A DNA stretch of 55,147 nucleotides, filler included, from Basidiobolus ranarum (lineage: Eukaryota), in NCBI GenBank assembly GCA_040143965.1. It is 4 parts of 4 records of this genome, joined end to end, with 100 filler letters (N's around TTAATTAATTAA, not from the genome) between each part and the next. Parts side by side here need not be neighbours in the genome. Positions count along the whole stretch, not along the records: positions 1 to 13,729 come from JASJQH010000465.1; positions 13,830 to 27,541 come from JASJQH010000466.1; 2 more parts are not named here. One strand, given 5' to 3'. A program made the position numbers and the translations under genes. This document shows positions 11,601-25,088 of the stretch, piece by piece (within the stretch, counting starts at the first letter, position 1; every line of letters begins with the position of its first letter). Below the pieces are notes generated by a model, which had not been told where the DNA came from, searched no databases, and saw only the letters and a program-made list of their open reading frames with translations.

Positions 11601-13729
11601 ATGTCTACCTTTGATTCGTTTACAAAACTGAATTCACGTTCATGTCAAGATTGTCGAGAACTTTCTGTTAGTTCCATTTCCTATCCTCGGATCATTCTTT
11701 AAGTTGATACTGATGTTAAATAATGCTCGGTTTCTCCTCTAGGTTATCTCTAAAGAGGCGATCAAAACATTTTTAACCGTTGCTAAGACGGCGAATCTAG
11801 CTTTTCCCGAAGTATTAGTACAATCTTTCTCTCATGTGAGTTTCATACAGCAAGAATATTTTTCCAGGCAACCATTAAACTTTGACTATTTTTTCGAGTA
11901 GGCAGTGAATGACGTTGATGCTGAAGTGGTACAACTAGGTGCCAAATCTATTGAATTGTTATCAAGAAGACTAGGAAAAGATATTGCTTCTTTCTATCCC
12001 ATCGTAAGTTATTTTATGTATGAGTCTTTTTATGGAGGTGGTTTTGGTGTTGAAGAATTTCATTCAATTATTGTAGTTTGTTCACGATCTTCAAACTCAA
12101 ATTACTAAATATGAGTGCGTAATTGATTCACTCAAAGCAGCCCTAAAAGCAGTTAAAAGATTGGTAGGTGAAATTGGGTGAAAAATAGATTCATTATAAT
12201 CAGATTACTGAGGACTAATTGAACTTGTTGAATGTATAGCCTTTTAGAGCAGTTGAAAAAGAAGTACAAGCAAGAAATTATTTGGAACAAGTAGACAGGA
12301 TCTATCCAGATAAGACTAGAAATGAGACTCTTCATTTTACCGCCTCAAAGATCGCGAAAGTGGGTGAAGTTAGCCATCCATTATCTGGAAATTTGGTGGA
12401 AAAGATGAACGAGTATATCGATAAAGTAGATTCAGAAATAGGAGTTTATGGTTATCAATCATTCGGTATTCGTAAAGTGAAGAAGGAGAATCAATTGTTG
12501 GAGGTGGAAGCGAAGTTAAACGTAAACCAAGAGAAATCTACAACAAAAGCACCCAGAAGACCCATCAAAACTGATTCCACCAAGACTGAGAAAGTAACTA
12601 ACTCCTGATTACATTATCAATATGAGGTCAGAATACTAACTTTCTTTACTCTATGTTCACTTCAACTTACATGAACAGAAAAGGCAAAACCCATCAACCA
12701 ACTCACAATCCAAGCCCAAGCTCAGTGTCAATAATTACTCTGTCAATTTCAAATATTCCTCACATCAATACGAGAGTGAACTCCTTGAACTCTTGCCCGA
12801 AAATACCTCCATAATCTCTAATGCTAGAGAATCGGATTGGAAAAAACGGTTAGATGGTAAGTATCTCGTGTTGAGTACCTCCATATGCCATCTCAGACTA
12901 AACCATTCTGATATTTGTTTGCAGCTGTTGAGTCCTTGGAGAGATTTTTAAGAAAAAGTCCATCAGATTTGGTAGATGCCGAGTTGGTGGTACGCTTTTT
13001 AGACGAGAGCCCTGGTTGGAAAGAACCGCACCCGCAAGTATGTGTGATGAGTTCATTGTTGCAATTAGACACATTAGTATAGACATTGTATGACTCACTC
13101 TTGTACTTAGATTCTATCGAAAATGTTCTCCACTGTCCAATACCTAATCGAGAACAACCCATCTTTTACGCCAGCGTGCGCGTCTCTTGCCATCCCAGGT
13201 TTGTAGAGTCCATTAGATATTACGGTAGCTAACCACTCACCATTTCTCCATACTCTAGCATTAGCATTTGGTGTTGGAGACAACAAAGTTAAACGAGCCG
13301 CTGGGGAGTGTCTGTCCAGTATTTCAGAGAAATATGGAAATCAATTGGTTCTATTATATGGTAATTCTACTTGATCTTCTGACGATTGATGAAGCCTTCT
13401 AAACCAACTTATTCATAGCTGCGGAAACCTGGAAATACCTGAAGACTCCCAAAGCCTTAGAAGAGAGCTTGGGCTGGCTGTACCAGAATCTGAAGAAAAA
13501 CTCCTTGAGTGGAGTTGACACGAAGGAGTTATTCGAGTTTTTAAAGATTACATTTACTCATCCCAACGGAGCAGTGCGTAAATTTGGAGTAGTCATAGTA
13601 GCGCTTATCGCTTCGTCTGGTCCAGGTATATACTCCCCACTCAAATCGACTTATGATGGAGCAGTTTGAATTAACATCTAATTGACTTTTCTAGATTTCC
13701 GACAACAGGTCATCGATATTAATCCAAAG
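11601..13729 (+). CDS. Diverged TOG-domain protein of the XMAP215/CKAP5/Stu2/Alp14 family, 3'-truncated by gap
   Basis: Spliced exons give ESDWKKRLDAVESL...DAELVVRFLDESPGWKEPHPQ|ILSKMF...GVGDNKVKRAAGECLSSISEK...KTPKALEESLGWL...THPNGAVRKFGV, resembling TOG3 of XMAP215 (NWKERL, PGWKETNFQV, KIGDVK, KNPK, TNPAVR). The upstream exons resemble a degenerate TOG2. One splice junction near 12004-12076 is uncertain. Confidence 0.8.
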
Positions 13730-13829
13730 NNNNNNNNNNNNNNNNNNNNNNNNNNNNNNNNNNNNNNNNNNNNTTAATTAATTAANNNNNNNNNNNNNNN
13801 NNNNNNNNNNNNNNNNNNNNNNNNNNNNN
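13730..13829. other. Artificial contig linker (N44-TTAATTAATTAA-N44)
   Basis: Exactly 100 bp; the central 12-mer puts stop codons in all six frames; identical at three sites. Confidence 0.97.
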
Positions 13830-14425
13830 GGGGCTCCGCGTCTAACTACAATTGGTGAACTGCGCCCTATGCTCAAAGGATTCGATCTTGAATCGATTGT
13901 TCTGGAGGTCGGTAAGTAGATCTTGATAATACACTTTCTACCAGAATATTTGTTTAAATTAAACACTTCAAGCTTCACAACCACAAATCACTCGTGATAA
14001 GCATGTGATATACTCCTTCCTTGTTGCTGACCGAACAGGTTGCATAGTTTTGTCAATATGGGGGGATACGGGTAGAATGATCAAAGTAGGTGACATACTT
14101 AGGATACAAGGAGGGTAAGGACGACTTTAAGCCTGAAGGATATATCACTCATAATTATACTAACCCATACCGTAGGGAGGCTAAAGTATATAAAGGCTCC
14201 TTACAGCTTGCACTCACCAAGTTTGGAAAATTGAAACGCATTGGAGAGTAAGTCTAGTTTAACGTTGCTATTAAATCATAGTTGCTGACGGCTCACTCTA
14301 GGGATGTAATGTTGTTTTCTGAACAACCCAATATGAGCTTATATGACTGGGGATCTGAGACGAATAGTAAACCAGGCCCTCCAATGATGACCAAACGAGC
14401 ACCAGTTAGATATCATGATCAGTAA
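13830..14425 (+). CDS. NABP: Single-OB-fold ssDNA-binding protein, SOSS-B/NABP (hSSB1)-like; start lost in gap
   Basis: Exons 13830-13911, 13973-14114, 14176-14247 and 14302-14425 give GAPRLTTIGELRPMLKGFDLESIVLEVASQPQITRDKHVIYSFLVADRTGCIVLSIWGDTGRMIKVGDILRIQGGEAKVYKGSLQLALTKFGKLKRIGEDVMLFSEQPNMS..., colinear with hSSB1 (IVLE, VADKTGSINISVW, GDIIRL, FKGCLTL, KIGEFCMVYSEVPNFS). Confidence 0.9.
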
Positions 14426-15301
14426 CTCCAAAATCCCATATTAGTTTTCAGCTTTATCAATCGTTAATGTATATTACTCTTGATCATCTGGTCCTGTATA
14501 CTTTTTTGGATGTCTCTTAATGCATGTACAAAATCGACGAACAATTTCTAACGGTTAAGCCCTAATTATTTCAAAAATACTGTGCTCTTGAACAAAATAT
14601 GGTTATAAACCCATTTTTATTCAAGTTGCTATTTCTTTTTAAACCTGACAGATTGAGCAGGATTTTATGCTATATAATATAACGCAATAACATGAAACGG
14701 ATGTTTATCTAAAAATACTCTTGAATATGAACCATCCTTAGACTTAGTAATCTCGACATTAGTCAGTGGTGCCGGTATTACTCTTTCCGTAAATCTCCGG
14801 AGTACCGCGACTAGAAATTCTAAATACCCCTGATAGAGTCATCACTAGCACTCATTCTTCGAGTGTGAACACATTTATATTCAAAGTTCACCTATTTAGA
14901 AATGCCATATGTTTTCGAACCTACTGGTAGACATATGTGGTTTTCCTGTTCTGGTCTGTTAATGTTGCTTTTTGAGAAATAAGTCAATACTTTAAACTAC
15001 TTTCATGTACTAACAAGGTTTGAATTTATCAGTAACAGCATATGCCAGTAGAGAGGTTTATCATTTATAATAGGCAAAAGTAATATTTCTGAGAATATAG
15101 TCTAAACAATGTAGGATTTATCTAGTCTGGGCATGATAATGGGAAAGAATGATATATTATAATCAACTCCATTCTTGATTTGATTGGAATATTTGTTCTG
15201 ATATCATGTAGAAGCTCCTCGTATATGTATTGTATGGAGCTAAACAGTATTTGTCTATCCTTTATACTAAACTGGGTACGTTTGATTTCACTTCGAATAT
15301 T

Positions 15302-18300
15302 TTAAATTGAATTGCGTCTACCACTCTTTATCGACGATCTCTCCACATTGGACTTCGGTTTCAACCATTGATCAAGCAATCCCTCTTCTTGCCATTTGCG
15401 TAGCGTTTCTTTGCCATGCTGATAACCAATATTATAGATATCCTCGAATCGACCGAACTCTAGAACTCCAAATTGTTGAACGGGGATTTTGGAATACATA
15501 CATCCATCAATAGCTTTGGCTTCTTCTAAAGTACGTACGCAGGATACATAGGCTAACCTGGATTGAATCTCAGTTAAGGTTGGGACGCGTTGTTTGCTAA
15601 ACGGGTTAAATTGGTGTAGGAGAACACGCCAGCCAGAAAGTGAGTCTCCATAGGTAGCTGGAGAATTGTCATCTTCGGCTGCAACGTCAAATGCAAAAAT
15701 CTTCTCCGCTCCCATAGATTTCATATAGCTTACCTAATATTAGATGGTGTAAATATAATGCTCATCAAATTGAGTGGTTATTTACGAATGCTTACAGGTA
15801 AATTATCCATATATCCCCCGTCTACTAACATATTACCATTGTCACATAAAGGGGGGAGAAACCCAGAGAGCGACATCGATGCTCGTACATAGCGCCAGAG
15901 ATATCCCATTCTATGAGTTTCCATTCGGGAAAGTGTGATGTTTGTAGTGACACAGAAATAGGGAAGCCATAAATCTTCAATTTGGGTATCAGAGAAGCAT
16001 TTCCAAAGACCGCGGTTGAACTCATGACCTAAACAATATGTTACAATTGTAAATGGTGAGAAATTAAGGTGGTAAATTCAACGTACCAGTGAACCATGCG
16101 GCAGCAGGATATGTGAAATCAAGTGCAAGTCTCCAATAACTAGCCATACGTCCTGAGAACATTTTTGCACGACCATAGACAGAGACGGTGTCTGGATCGC
16201 GTGCATATAGACCCCCAATGAACGCACCAATACTTGTACCACCCACCATATCCACAGGTATACCGGCTTCTTCCAGGGCACGAATTAAACCGATATGAGC
16301 GATGCCTCTAGCTCCGCCACCACCAAGAACTAAGCCAACAGACTTGCCACATAATCGGCGTGCAAGTCTAAACGAATAGAATTAGAAAACATCCAAACCA
16401 TATTGATTCGTCATAAATGCTCACCTAGCAAAATCACTACGACTTCCACTATAAGAGTACGAAGGCTTGTTGATGATTTTAGAATAGTATTTTTGAAACT
16501 GATCCTGTAACTGATCTTTGAGATCAACCAGCTTATTTTTACGTTTATCCTGATTAAGAGTTGGAGTCATTCGTAGCTTCATTTGTACATGGTGGTAGGC
16601 ATGAATCCAGGCGCGTCGCTAAAAAACAAATTGATGTTAATTTCAATTTAGTCTAATGCAAGACAAGATGGGCATTACAAACCTTCAACCATTGTCGAGT
16701 CAATCCTTGAGGGCAATGGTGATCATGATGAAGGAGAATTAATTCCTTTCTTGCAGTTATCTTCATGCTTATCAATAATCTTTCGTATTCCCCAACGGCT
16801 GGACTGCTATCGCCAAGGCCAATTAAGAGAATACAATCTGCCTGACGAATGCATCTTTGTGTCCAGGGTGAATTAACTCCACTATCTGCTACATATAATA
16901 CCAATCCAACGTTTTCTTCTTGATCTGCTAACCAACTGGTCATCTTCAGTTTGCCCATTCGACTGAAAGCATGCTTTCCAAGTACAGACAATACATTTGC
17001 ATGATTGAGCAGAATATTACTAACTCCCACATCATTCATTGAGTCTCGAAGTCGTATAGTGAACTCGGTAATCGGTACATTGTCGGATACAGGTAAGAGA
17101 CAGATGGTTTTGAGATTCATGTTGTTTTTACCCAGGTCAACACCATCCGGACGTCCAGGATTAATGGATTTATACATAGAGGCTGCTTGAGCTTCGTAGG
17201 TGCGATTGGCAATCATTCTAGAGATATGGAAAGTAACTTGCGGATGACTCATAGCAAGAGTATGGAGTAATGTCTTTGGCATTCGAGCTAGCTCTGAATC
17301 TCGTATAGCGTAAAGTGTTTGCTTACGGGCTAGATCAGTCATTACTTCCAGCTCACCAATTGAATCACCTTGTCCATATTCACCAATGATAGTGAAGGTT
17401 TTATCACTGCGTTCTCTTATTGAGCGTAATCGTCCGTTTAGAACGATATCTACAAAGTCACTAGAGTCACCTTCTTTATATATTACTTTACCAGCACTAG
17501 CTTGAATCCATTCAAGGGCAAAATCGATATGTAGAACTAGCAACGAAATAAAATACAATGTTAGATACTCTTAGATACCACGTATAGTATTCAGAGTTAC
17601 TTAAAGGAGAGAGGTGGGTAATTAATCTCTTGGCTAGAGTAAGCAAAACAGCTGGATGCCGTTCAACAATTCTATCCAAGGCATGTTTCGATAGGTATCC
17701 AACCAAGGAGTCACTACTAGCTTTAATGGTTACAACTGATGGATACCCGCTTAATCCGCTTAAATATCCAGCTAAACCACCAGGTTTAATAAGATACAGA
17801 CTTCTCATTGTCGGTCTCGAGTCTGGATTAGTTGAAGCCCTCGTTCTTTTGGATTTTTTGCTTGTGTTGGAACTCGATTGTGGTTCGCTTATAGGTTTAG
17901 ATCTAATCGATACATCCAATATCCCATCAATGACAAAGTAAAGACCTTCGGTACGTTCACCTTCCTTAACTAATATTGAATCTTCAGCAAAATGAAGGAG
18001 CTCAACTTCGTTATCTAGCTCACTTATGTTTGAATGAATCGAGGAGTTCGTTACATTTGTGTTTGCTGAAGCAGTCTCTAGTTCATCGATGAATCCTATG
18101 AAGTCGTTATCCTCTAGCGGGGAATTGTGCATATCCATTTGATCAATATATCGGTGTTGGGATTTAGCAATAGGCGTAGACTGTACCAGTCCAATACTTC
18201 TAGAAATGCACTCAAAGACCGAATCTTTTATATTATTGATCTCAACATCTCCATACTCTTGATGAATCGCATCATGTCCAAAATAATCATCTACAAGATG

Positions 18301-19680
18301 TATAGGACGTCTACCGGGAGAAGGAAAGCTATAGTCACTCATAGTAGTCCACTTCTGAGCCTCTTGCTTAAGTTTCTTGACAGATTTATGCTTCGTAGAA
18401 GGTGGTCGTGGAGTTATAGGAGTCTTGTCAGGCCTAGGCGAATTTTCTTCCACAACGAGCTTGGCACGGAGTTTTTCCAAGGTGGCAGGTTTACAAAAAC
18501 CAGGTGGCAATCCATAGTTTGACAAATCATTGACTTTCTTTTCAATTTGAAGAATTTCTTTGGTCATTCCCAGGTATTTTGTTAGAGTTAAAAATGACAT
18601 CCTTTGGAAACGAGTGAGAATGACTTGGACCATATGAACACCTGCATTGGGGAACTTCTCCATCACTCGATGAAATGCCTCTATAGGAATTACAGCAAGA
18701 GTTGTATCAACACTGGCACGTGCAAATATATCTGAACTAGCATCTAATTGTTCATATGAGTCTTGTCTCTCAAACATTGATGAGGCCAAAAAATCTGGCT
18801 CAGAGAATACTGAGCGAGTAGAATAATCAGCAACTGGTGAGCTGCCTCCACTGAAGCTTCTGGAGAAATCCTCATGGATCGAAGTTACAGGCTCGGGACT
18901 GCGTGCCATAAAAGAGTGAGATCGACTCGGAGTTGAACCGTTGAGATCTGCATCACCATTTCCCTCACTGATAGTATTCAGGACGAAACTCTTTCGACGA
19001 AAATTTTTGGGTCTTTCTTCCTCATGTCTCAGTGGAATATTTTCAGACAACATTGCTAAAAGAGTGAATAAACTTGAGAGTGAACCGCCTTGTTTCACTT
19101 CGTGAAGTAGTTCAAACTGTTTCTCACTCCTACTAGCACCTCGAACAAACACCTTGACTGAGCCATCAACAACTATAAAAAAAGAACGCTCTTTTTCAGG
19201 ACTCAGTGACATAATTTCTCCAGCTAAAAGCTTTCTTGTTTGTAAGTATCTTGCAAGCTCGTCTAGTACTGGTCTTTCAAGGTAACCAAATACTTTAATC
19301 GAAGATAAAAACGCCTTTAAAAAATCTCCTGGATAGGTATTCAATATCGGCTCTTCGTCATCAGAAGTAGTATCTGGGTGTAAATCGAAGGACACAGGGT
19401 TCCTTACTTCGGGTGGTGGGCTCGGAAGTCTAGAGTATTCCGTCAGAAGACGATAGCGTACAAATAAATACGTACTAACAATTAATACGCATAATATTAT
19501 TACTAAGGAATAAAAATCCAGGCTAACGGTTAGAGTATATGAGAGAAGAGTATATATGGTAGAGGGAATTGATATGGTAAAGAATGATAACGTTTTATAG
19601 ATTAAACTGGGTATAAACGTAAAAATTGAATATGTATTAGTATCCATTATCTCAAGTTCAGAAGTACTAAACACGTCCAT
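15302..19680 (-). CDS. NTE1: Lysophospholipase NTE1 (neuropathy target esterase homolog; cNMP-binding domains + patatin)
   Basis: N-terminal [25 protein letters not shown], cNMP-like domains ([24 protein letters not shown]), patatin motifs [16 protein letters not shown] and [12 protein letters not shown]-terminal RRNSI. Multi-exon. Confidence 0.97.
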
Positions 19681-20739
19681 ATTTCATACAGCAATGAAGT
19701 CTCTCAAGAAGTTAGAAATCTCTCGTTATGTTTGCAACTCTCAGGGAGCTGAGTTTTAATACTTGTAGACAAGTTAACCCAAATACTATAGTGATATAAT
19801 TGACTGCCATATTAGCATAATCACGTGCATTTTCAGTAAAATCCAATAAACTCCATACGTAACTTTCCACTTATAGCAATTACTTGATGGAATTATGACG
19901 TAATTTAATTCCAATAGAGGAAATGAGGAATCTAATAAATATCTTGGAGAATTTCAAGACTTCCATCCTAATATTGACCAATCCAAGTGCGATAAATAAA
20001 TCTTATTTTGGTAGATGATTTCTCATTCCACCTATTTTGATGGAGAAATGCAAAGAACAAATAAATATAGTTAAGGTAGTGATATAAAAAGTAGATTTAA
20101 ATATAATCTCATGATACGATAATAAATGCATGATGTTCATTGACGTCGCTCCACATAAAAATAATGCAAACCCTCTGAGCTAAGAATCGGTGTACAAGAT
20201 GATATTGCTTTTGGAGGTTCTCAATGAATAATAAAGTGCTTTGAAATGTGCAAGATAGCTTGTAGTATACATATACTACAGCTTAAAGGTTTAACATAAT
20301 ATGTGGGTACACAGTCAAATTGTCCTCGAGTTTTATTTATGAATGCTCCATCTATATAATTCGAAGTTACATTTGTGCTTGGGATGTTTATGGTGTTATT
20401 CGAATTCTTTATTTTAGTTCACACCGCTATGCAAGAGCTCTCTGCACCAAATGTGTTGTTGAGTTCTGATGGCTCTTGGTCAGTGGTAGTTATATTATCT
20501 GGAGCGGTTTACTTTCATTAATAGTTAGACGTGCGAATATTGAAGAGGAATGATATGTTACAGCGTTGAAAGAACCAAGTGGTATGACTAGGGGCAAATG
20601 ATATTATAAAACTAATATTTCAAAAAAGAGGACAAGAATGAGAGGAAAACTGATCTTCTGTGTGGGTTTACCATTAAATAAAAGCAATATTGAGAAACCA
20701 CTCCGTCAGTAACGTAACTGGGGTATTACTTCAACTAAA

Positions 20740-21763
20740 TCAAGAAAGAACTGGAGTATGATCGACTTGGCCACTCTCTACTTCTCTCATTGTAGGTTCA
20801 ATAGAGTTAATGCTGTTGCGGTGCTTTCTCTCGAATGCTGGAGTGAAGTTTAGCTCTCTAAATCTATTTTTTCTAACAACGTATAGCTCCCAAAACCATC
20901 TGAAAGCGTACCAATTTCCGAAACAAATATATATAGCAAGTAGTACATCAACAGTGTAATGTGTACGGTTGGAGATAATGATCAAGCTACCACCGATGAC
21001 CAGACATAGCATCAAAAATATTCCACCAAAACCGATGATATTTCTTGGTGCATAGGTGACCCATACCATGAAACAAAGCATGAATATCGACGTGTGTCCA
21101 GAGAAAATAGCGTCACCGCAACGATGGAGTGTGAAAGTCCACCAGAATTTACCGGTTACTTGCTCACAACTAGGGCGTGGATCAACTACTGAAGTAATAG
21201 CGACTGTAGTACTGTATGAGACAAATGGAAACATGATTTAGCCATTAATTATACGAAGTCAAAAATAAGGTTTTATACTTACGTTCTCATCACGTTATTC
21301 ATGAAACTAACAGATAAAGCGTGCACTACAATCCTCAATGGAGTTCTGTGGAACAAGACTAATAACACTAGGAAGCTGAAGGTGATAGCATCGAAAGCAT
21401 CCGTTAAACTTATATTATGCATTTCGGGAATAACTTCAAAGCCTGGCAAATATATTAAGTATAGGTTAGATTTGGATTGCTAAAACAACAAGCAGGAAGC
21501 TTAGATTATTACCTGCGTCTGGCATAATGGGATTCACTTTATTACTGGGGCTTCGATATGAGGCGTAATTCGAAAGGACATTCTTTAAAGCAAACATTAA
21601 TAAAGAATAAATAGAAACATAATTAGAATAGTTTTACCATCAAATAGTATGATATCCCCCAAGGAATTATTATGCATACAAGCAAGATAACGATTTGTTT
21701 TGTTATAATCCATCGTTCAAGCACATATCTTTTAAAGCGTTTCCAAAATGTATTCAAGTCCAT
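20740..21763 (-). CDS. Sphingomyelin synthase family (SMS / plant-protist IPCS-like) phosphotransferase
   Basis: Four exons starting MDLNTFWKRF. SMS-family motifs D1 (PIMPDAGFEVIP), D2 (MRTTTVAITSVVDPRPSC), D3 (CGDAIFSGHT) and D4 (HYTVDVLLA) with the catalytic H/H/D intact; multiple TM helices. Confidence 0.88.
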
Positions 21764-23997
21764 GTTCAGTGAGAAATAAGAAGTTTTTTGTAGTTCAATC
21801 GTAGGTTAATGTGGTAAATGAATTTGAAGAGCGTATTTATGGGAAGATATAATCTTACAACTGACAATAATAGGCACCAGCTAAAGAATTCTTAGTAGAA
21901 TTGAAGATGTAATGACCACTTATAGGAGAAAAGCAAGTAAATTGGCCGATAAAACGGTCAAAGAACTAGTTTGGTAAATTTCGACAACTGCAGGGATGGT
22001 GATCACTTTTAAATACTGAACACTCTCTTAATGGCGTAAAACACGATTAAATCTGTGATGTGATACATATGGTAATATCGCGGCCTCATCACCTAATTGG
22101 AGATGTAAAACTCTGTTACAAATATGCTATGAAACTCAAATATAATAGGTATTTATTACTAACTATTATCAAAGTTAAATAACACTGCTTTGATTTTAGA
22201 GTAAGCTTCGTTTATGATTGAACCATGAGGTCATGATAACGTCATTGATGATTATTTAATTTCAGATTCCATATTGGACAAATATATGAGATCATTTATT
22301 GGAAAGTATTGTAACTACGGGTGATATCATAGCGACAATGGTTAAAATCACTGCTAGCATTGAATAATTAAGAGGGGTGATATAACCCAGGGCCGTCAGA
22401 TTTTGGATGAGGAGCCATCATAGTCATGGTTTTGGAACTGGAGTTTTCTACAAATAATGGAGCTGGTTTAGAGTTTACTTGGGTTTAAAGTTAGTTGTCC
22501 GCTTCACATATGCTTGGGATCAAGGCGCAGACAGAATCTTCTATATTTAACGGTCAGCTGTCAATATTTTCCAGTAGCATATTCCAATCAAAGCAAGCAA
22601 TGGTGATTCGATAGAGTAAGACATGGCCCATAAATTTGCAACATGTTCACAGCCGCAGATCTAGACTAAGTATTCGAGATTAACTACAAGGTCAATGAGG
22701 ATGACGTTTATGTGTGAAGTACACAATGCAAGTTGAGGGCAAATAGTTTGAATTGTTTCTAGGCTGAAATCGTAAAATTGGTGGTTTTGATATTAGGAGC
22801 TAAACATTAGGAGTTAATATTAATATATGCAAATTTCTAGTTGGTGTATTGATCAAGGTGTAGCCCACATGGTATCAAATTAAGAAATCAAACATCTAGT
22901 ACAAATAGCGTTGGTCAATGCTATGGATATAAAAGGTGTAGCATGAAGCACTGAATAATTATCAAATCAATTGGTCTTGATAAGGATTTTTAGTAGAGAT
23001 CTAGTTCAAGAGACGAGCCGATATTCTTAGTAACAGTTTGCTCATAGCAACTGTGGTTGAAATTGGTTCTTACTACTGGCTTCTCTCGACAGTATAAATG
23101 TATATGATCAGGATTTCGTATATCTCTAGAATACATACACATGGCCGTTTATCTCATTTATCTGTGTGGAATGCTGTCAATGATCCATTTGTTACTCATC
23201 CCTTAGAATACTGGCTATTCTCCATTTAAACATTCATTAAACTTGTTCTACCAGGCCTTTGTTCAATAGAGCTAATATATTGATTGAAACTGATCAGAGC
23301 TGAGGGTGGTGGATAATGCCAAATTAAGCCGAATAAATTTGTGATTAGGTGATCAATATCTGACTCAATAAAACAGAGCGAGTTTATTATTGAGAAACAA
23401 ATTGCACATTGGCATATTGGCAATCAAGAATTGGTAAATACAATTTGTAGTTCTGAATTTCCAGATGCTGCAACTATGGCATGTATGTTTGGCAAAATAA
23501 AGCCAGTAAGATACTTCATTTATAAAATATATCCATGTAAGCGTTTGAGTCCAACTGATAATAATTAAAAACTGTTGACTGCTTGGGTGAGGTTTCCCGT
23601 ATATATCACTGTATTGTATATTAATTGCCTACAAACAAATATTTAAAATGTTGTAGAGTTGATGGTTTGCGCAACGGTTTTACTATCAATAGGAGTGTAT
23701 CAATGAGAAGGTGGTAAAAACTTGAGCTAGTAAACTACATTTCCCATGAATTTAGAGATAGCATTCCTGAAATAATGGTAAACAGACAGAATATATATAT
23801 GCACCAACTAGGGAACGAAATATCGGTATAGAAATATGCAATGGTGAAACATTTAGGCGCCCCACCATAGAATAGAGGTAAGTCTCCGAGAGCTACAGTA
23901 TCAACTAACGCTAAGTGGGGGTTCAAAAACAAAAAAGTAACAATGAAGTTCCGGCTTGAAGAGAAGCTTGAAATAGAATGACTCATGCATGGCGGCA

Positions 23998-25088
23998 CTA
24001 AGCTTTGTCACCCTTAGGGAGGATGGTGTACTGAAATTGTTCACTGTTTTCATACTCATACATATCTAATGCTACGTTACAACTGTCAGCAACAACTTTG
24101 ACATTGTCTGCTCTGAACTTTTGAAGAATAGGCAAGACTTCTGGAGAAGCTATAGATCCCAAAGCTTCGGCTGCTTCGTGACGTACCATAGGTGCTTCTT
24201 CAGCATTGGTAAGAACTTTAATGAGAGCTGGAACGCTAGCAGTATGTTGCATTTGACCATAAACGAAAGCAATTTCATGACGGAACAAAGCACTCTCGTC
24301 ATCAAAACCCTCGGCCAAGGCCAAAACTGCTTCAGTGGTACCAATGTTACGAAGAGCAAACATTGCGCGATAACGTTCGAACAAGTGTTTCTTAGGATTT
24401 AGATAAACTTCCTTAAGTTTTTCAATGGATTCTTCAGTAGAGGGAGGTGCGGGATCGATTGAAGTATAAGCCGATTGAACTTCAGGAGCTTCTGCTTTTT
24501 GCTCTTGGTCATATTTAATTTTAGCAATGGCTAATTCACATGTTTCAGATACAGCTTTTTCTGGGTCATCCAAGTATCTCTCCAAGATTTCAATGGCACT
24601 AGGATCTGAGATAGCGCCCATAGCCTCTGCAGCCTAAACCATTCAACTATTAGAGCTCATTCGGAAATTTCATAATTAATGTACACCTACCTCATGTCTG
24701 ACCATTGGGTCTTCATCCTTAATTTCCAATATTTTCAATAATTTGGGTATAGCATAGGGATTTCCCATCTGTCCTAAGACATAAGCTAATTCATGACGGA
24801 GAAGAGCAGAAGGATCGCTGAAGCCTGTTGATGGGCAAATATTAATAAAGAAAATGGAGAAAATACAAAAAAAATAGTATTACCGTCAGCAATTATATCA
24901 ATACTTCTCTCGTTTCCTAAACATTTCAAAGTGAATAGGGCACGAAACTGGTCATGAAGCTGGACTTTGCCAGATTTATTTAACAGTACATCTTCAAGGA
25001 GAGTGTATGTTTCGGGATTTTCTCTTGCTTTATCAAGGGCTGAAGGTGAATCAGGTTCAGGAATAGCAAGATGTTCAAGGTTACTCAT
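23998..25088 (-). CDS. LIA1: Deoxyhypusine hydroxylase
   Basis: Three exons; [66 protein letters not shown] (four HE metal-binding motifs in HEAT repeats). Confidence 0.97.

Noticed and set aside
13774-13785. TTAATTAATTAA as a biological palindrome or PacI-like site
   Set aside because: Centred in N-runs identically three times; an assembly spacer.
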